Shown here: positions 63,958 through 64,000 of the stretch, one piece after another
Position numbering within the stretch: position 1 is the stretch's first letter
How the letters are laid out: every line of letters starts with the position of its first letter
Source: Octopus bimaculoides
Lineage: Eukaryota
Direction: 5' to 3'
Length of the DNA: 64,000 nt
Assembly (NCBI RefSeq): GCF_001194135.2
Contig: NC_068984.1
Location: 98,595,426 to 98,659,425, forward strand
The notes under the pieces: generated by a model
Seen by the model: the letters and a program-made list of their open reading frames with translations, nothing else
What the model was told of the DNA's origin: nothing
Database searches by the model: none
Translations under genes and position numbers: made by a program

Positions 63958-64000
<43 letters not shown>

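Overview
AT-rich, microsatellite-dense eukaryotic genomic DNA from a gapped draft assembly (about a dozen N-runs). The SINE/RTE repertoire looks like that of octopus (inference from recalled repeat families, not verified). I found only one well-supported host-gene exon: 29748-29833 (+), encoding the kinesin-14 motor N-terminus ELRGNIRVHCRLRP (KIF25-like), so most of the window is probably very large introns or flank. The rest is transposon debris: several mariner (DD34D) copies, a nearly intact Tc1 (DD34E), hAT/Tigger/Tc1-type MITEs, RTE LINE fragments, an R4/Dong RLE fragment, Penelope (PLE) RT and GIY-YIG fragments, a putative solo LTR and four or more SINE families. Nearly all ORFs in the supplied track are artefacts of microsatellites or gaps. 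The main unannotated signal is a cluster of type I hammerhead ribozymes (HHRs). Five have intact catalytic cores (18501+, 42486-, 43024-, 46360-, 59407-) and three are decayed (5642+, 29435-, 61306+). Two of the intact ones lie in a 538-nt tandem unit with a 178-bp inverted arm, a retrozyme/PLE-pLTR-like architecture predicted to release a unit-length RNA that could circularise. One decayed HHR sits in a tRNA-headed SINE. All structures were folded by eye and none has been tested for cleavage.
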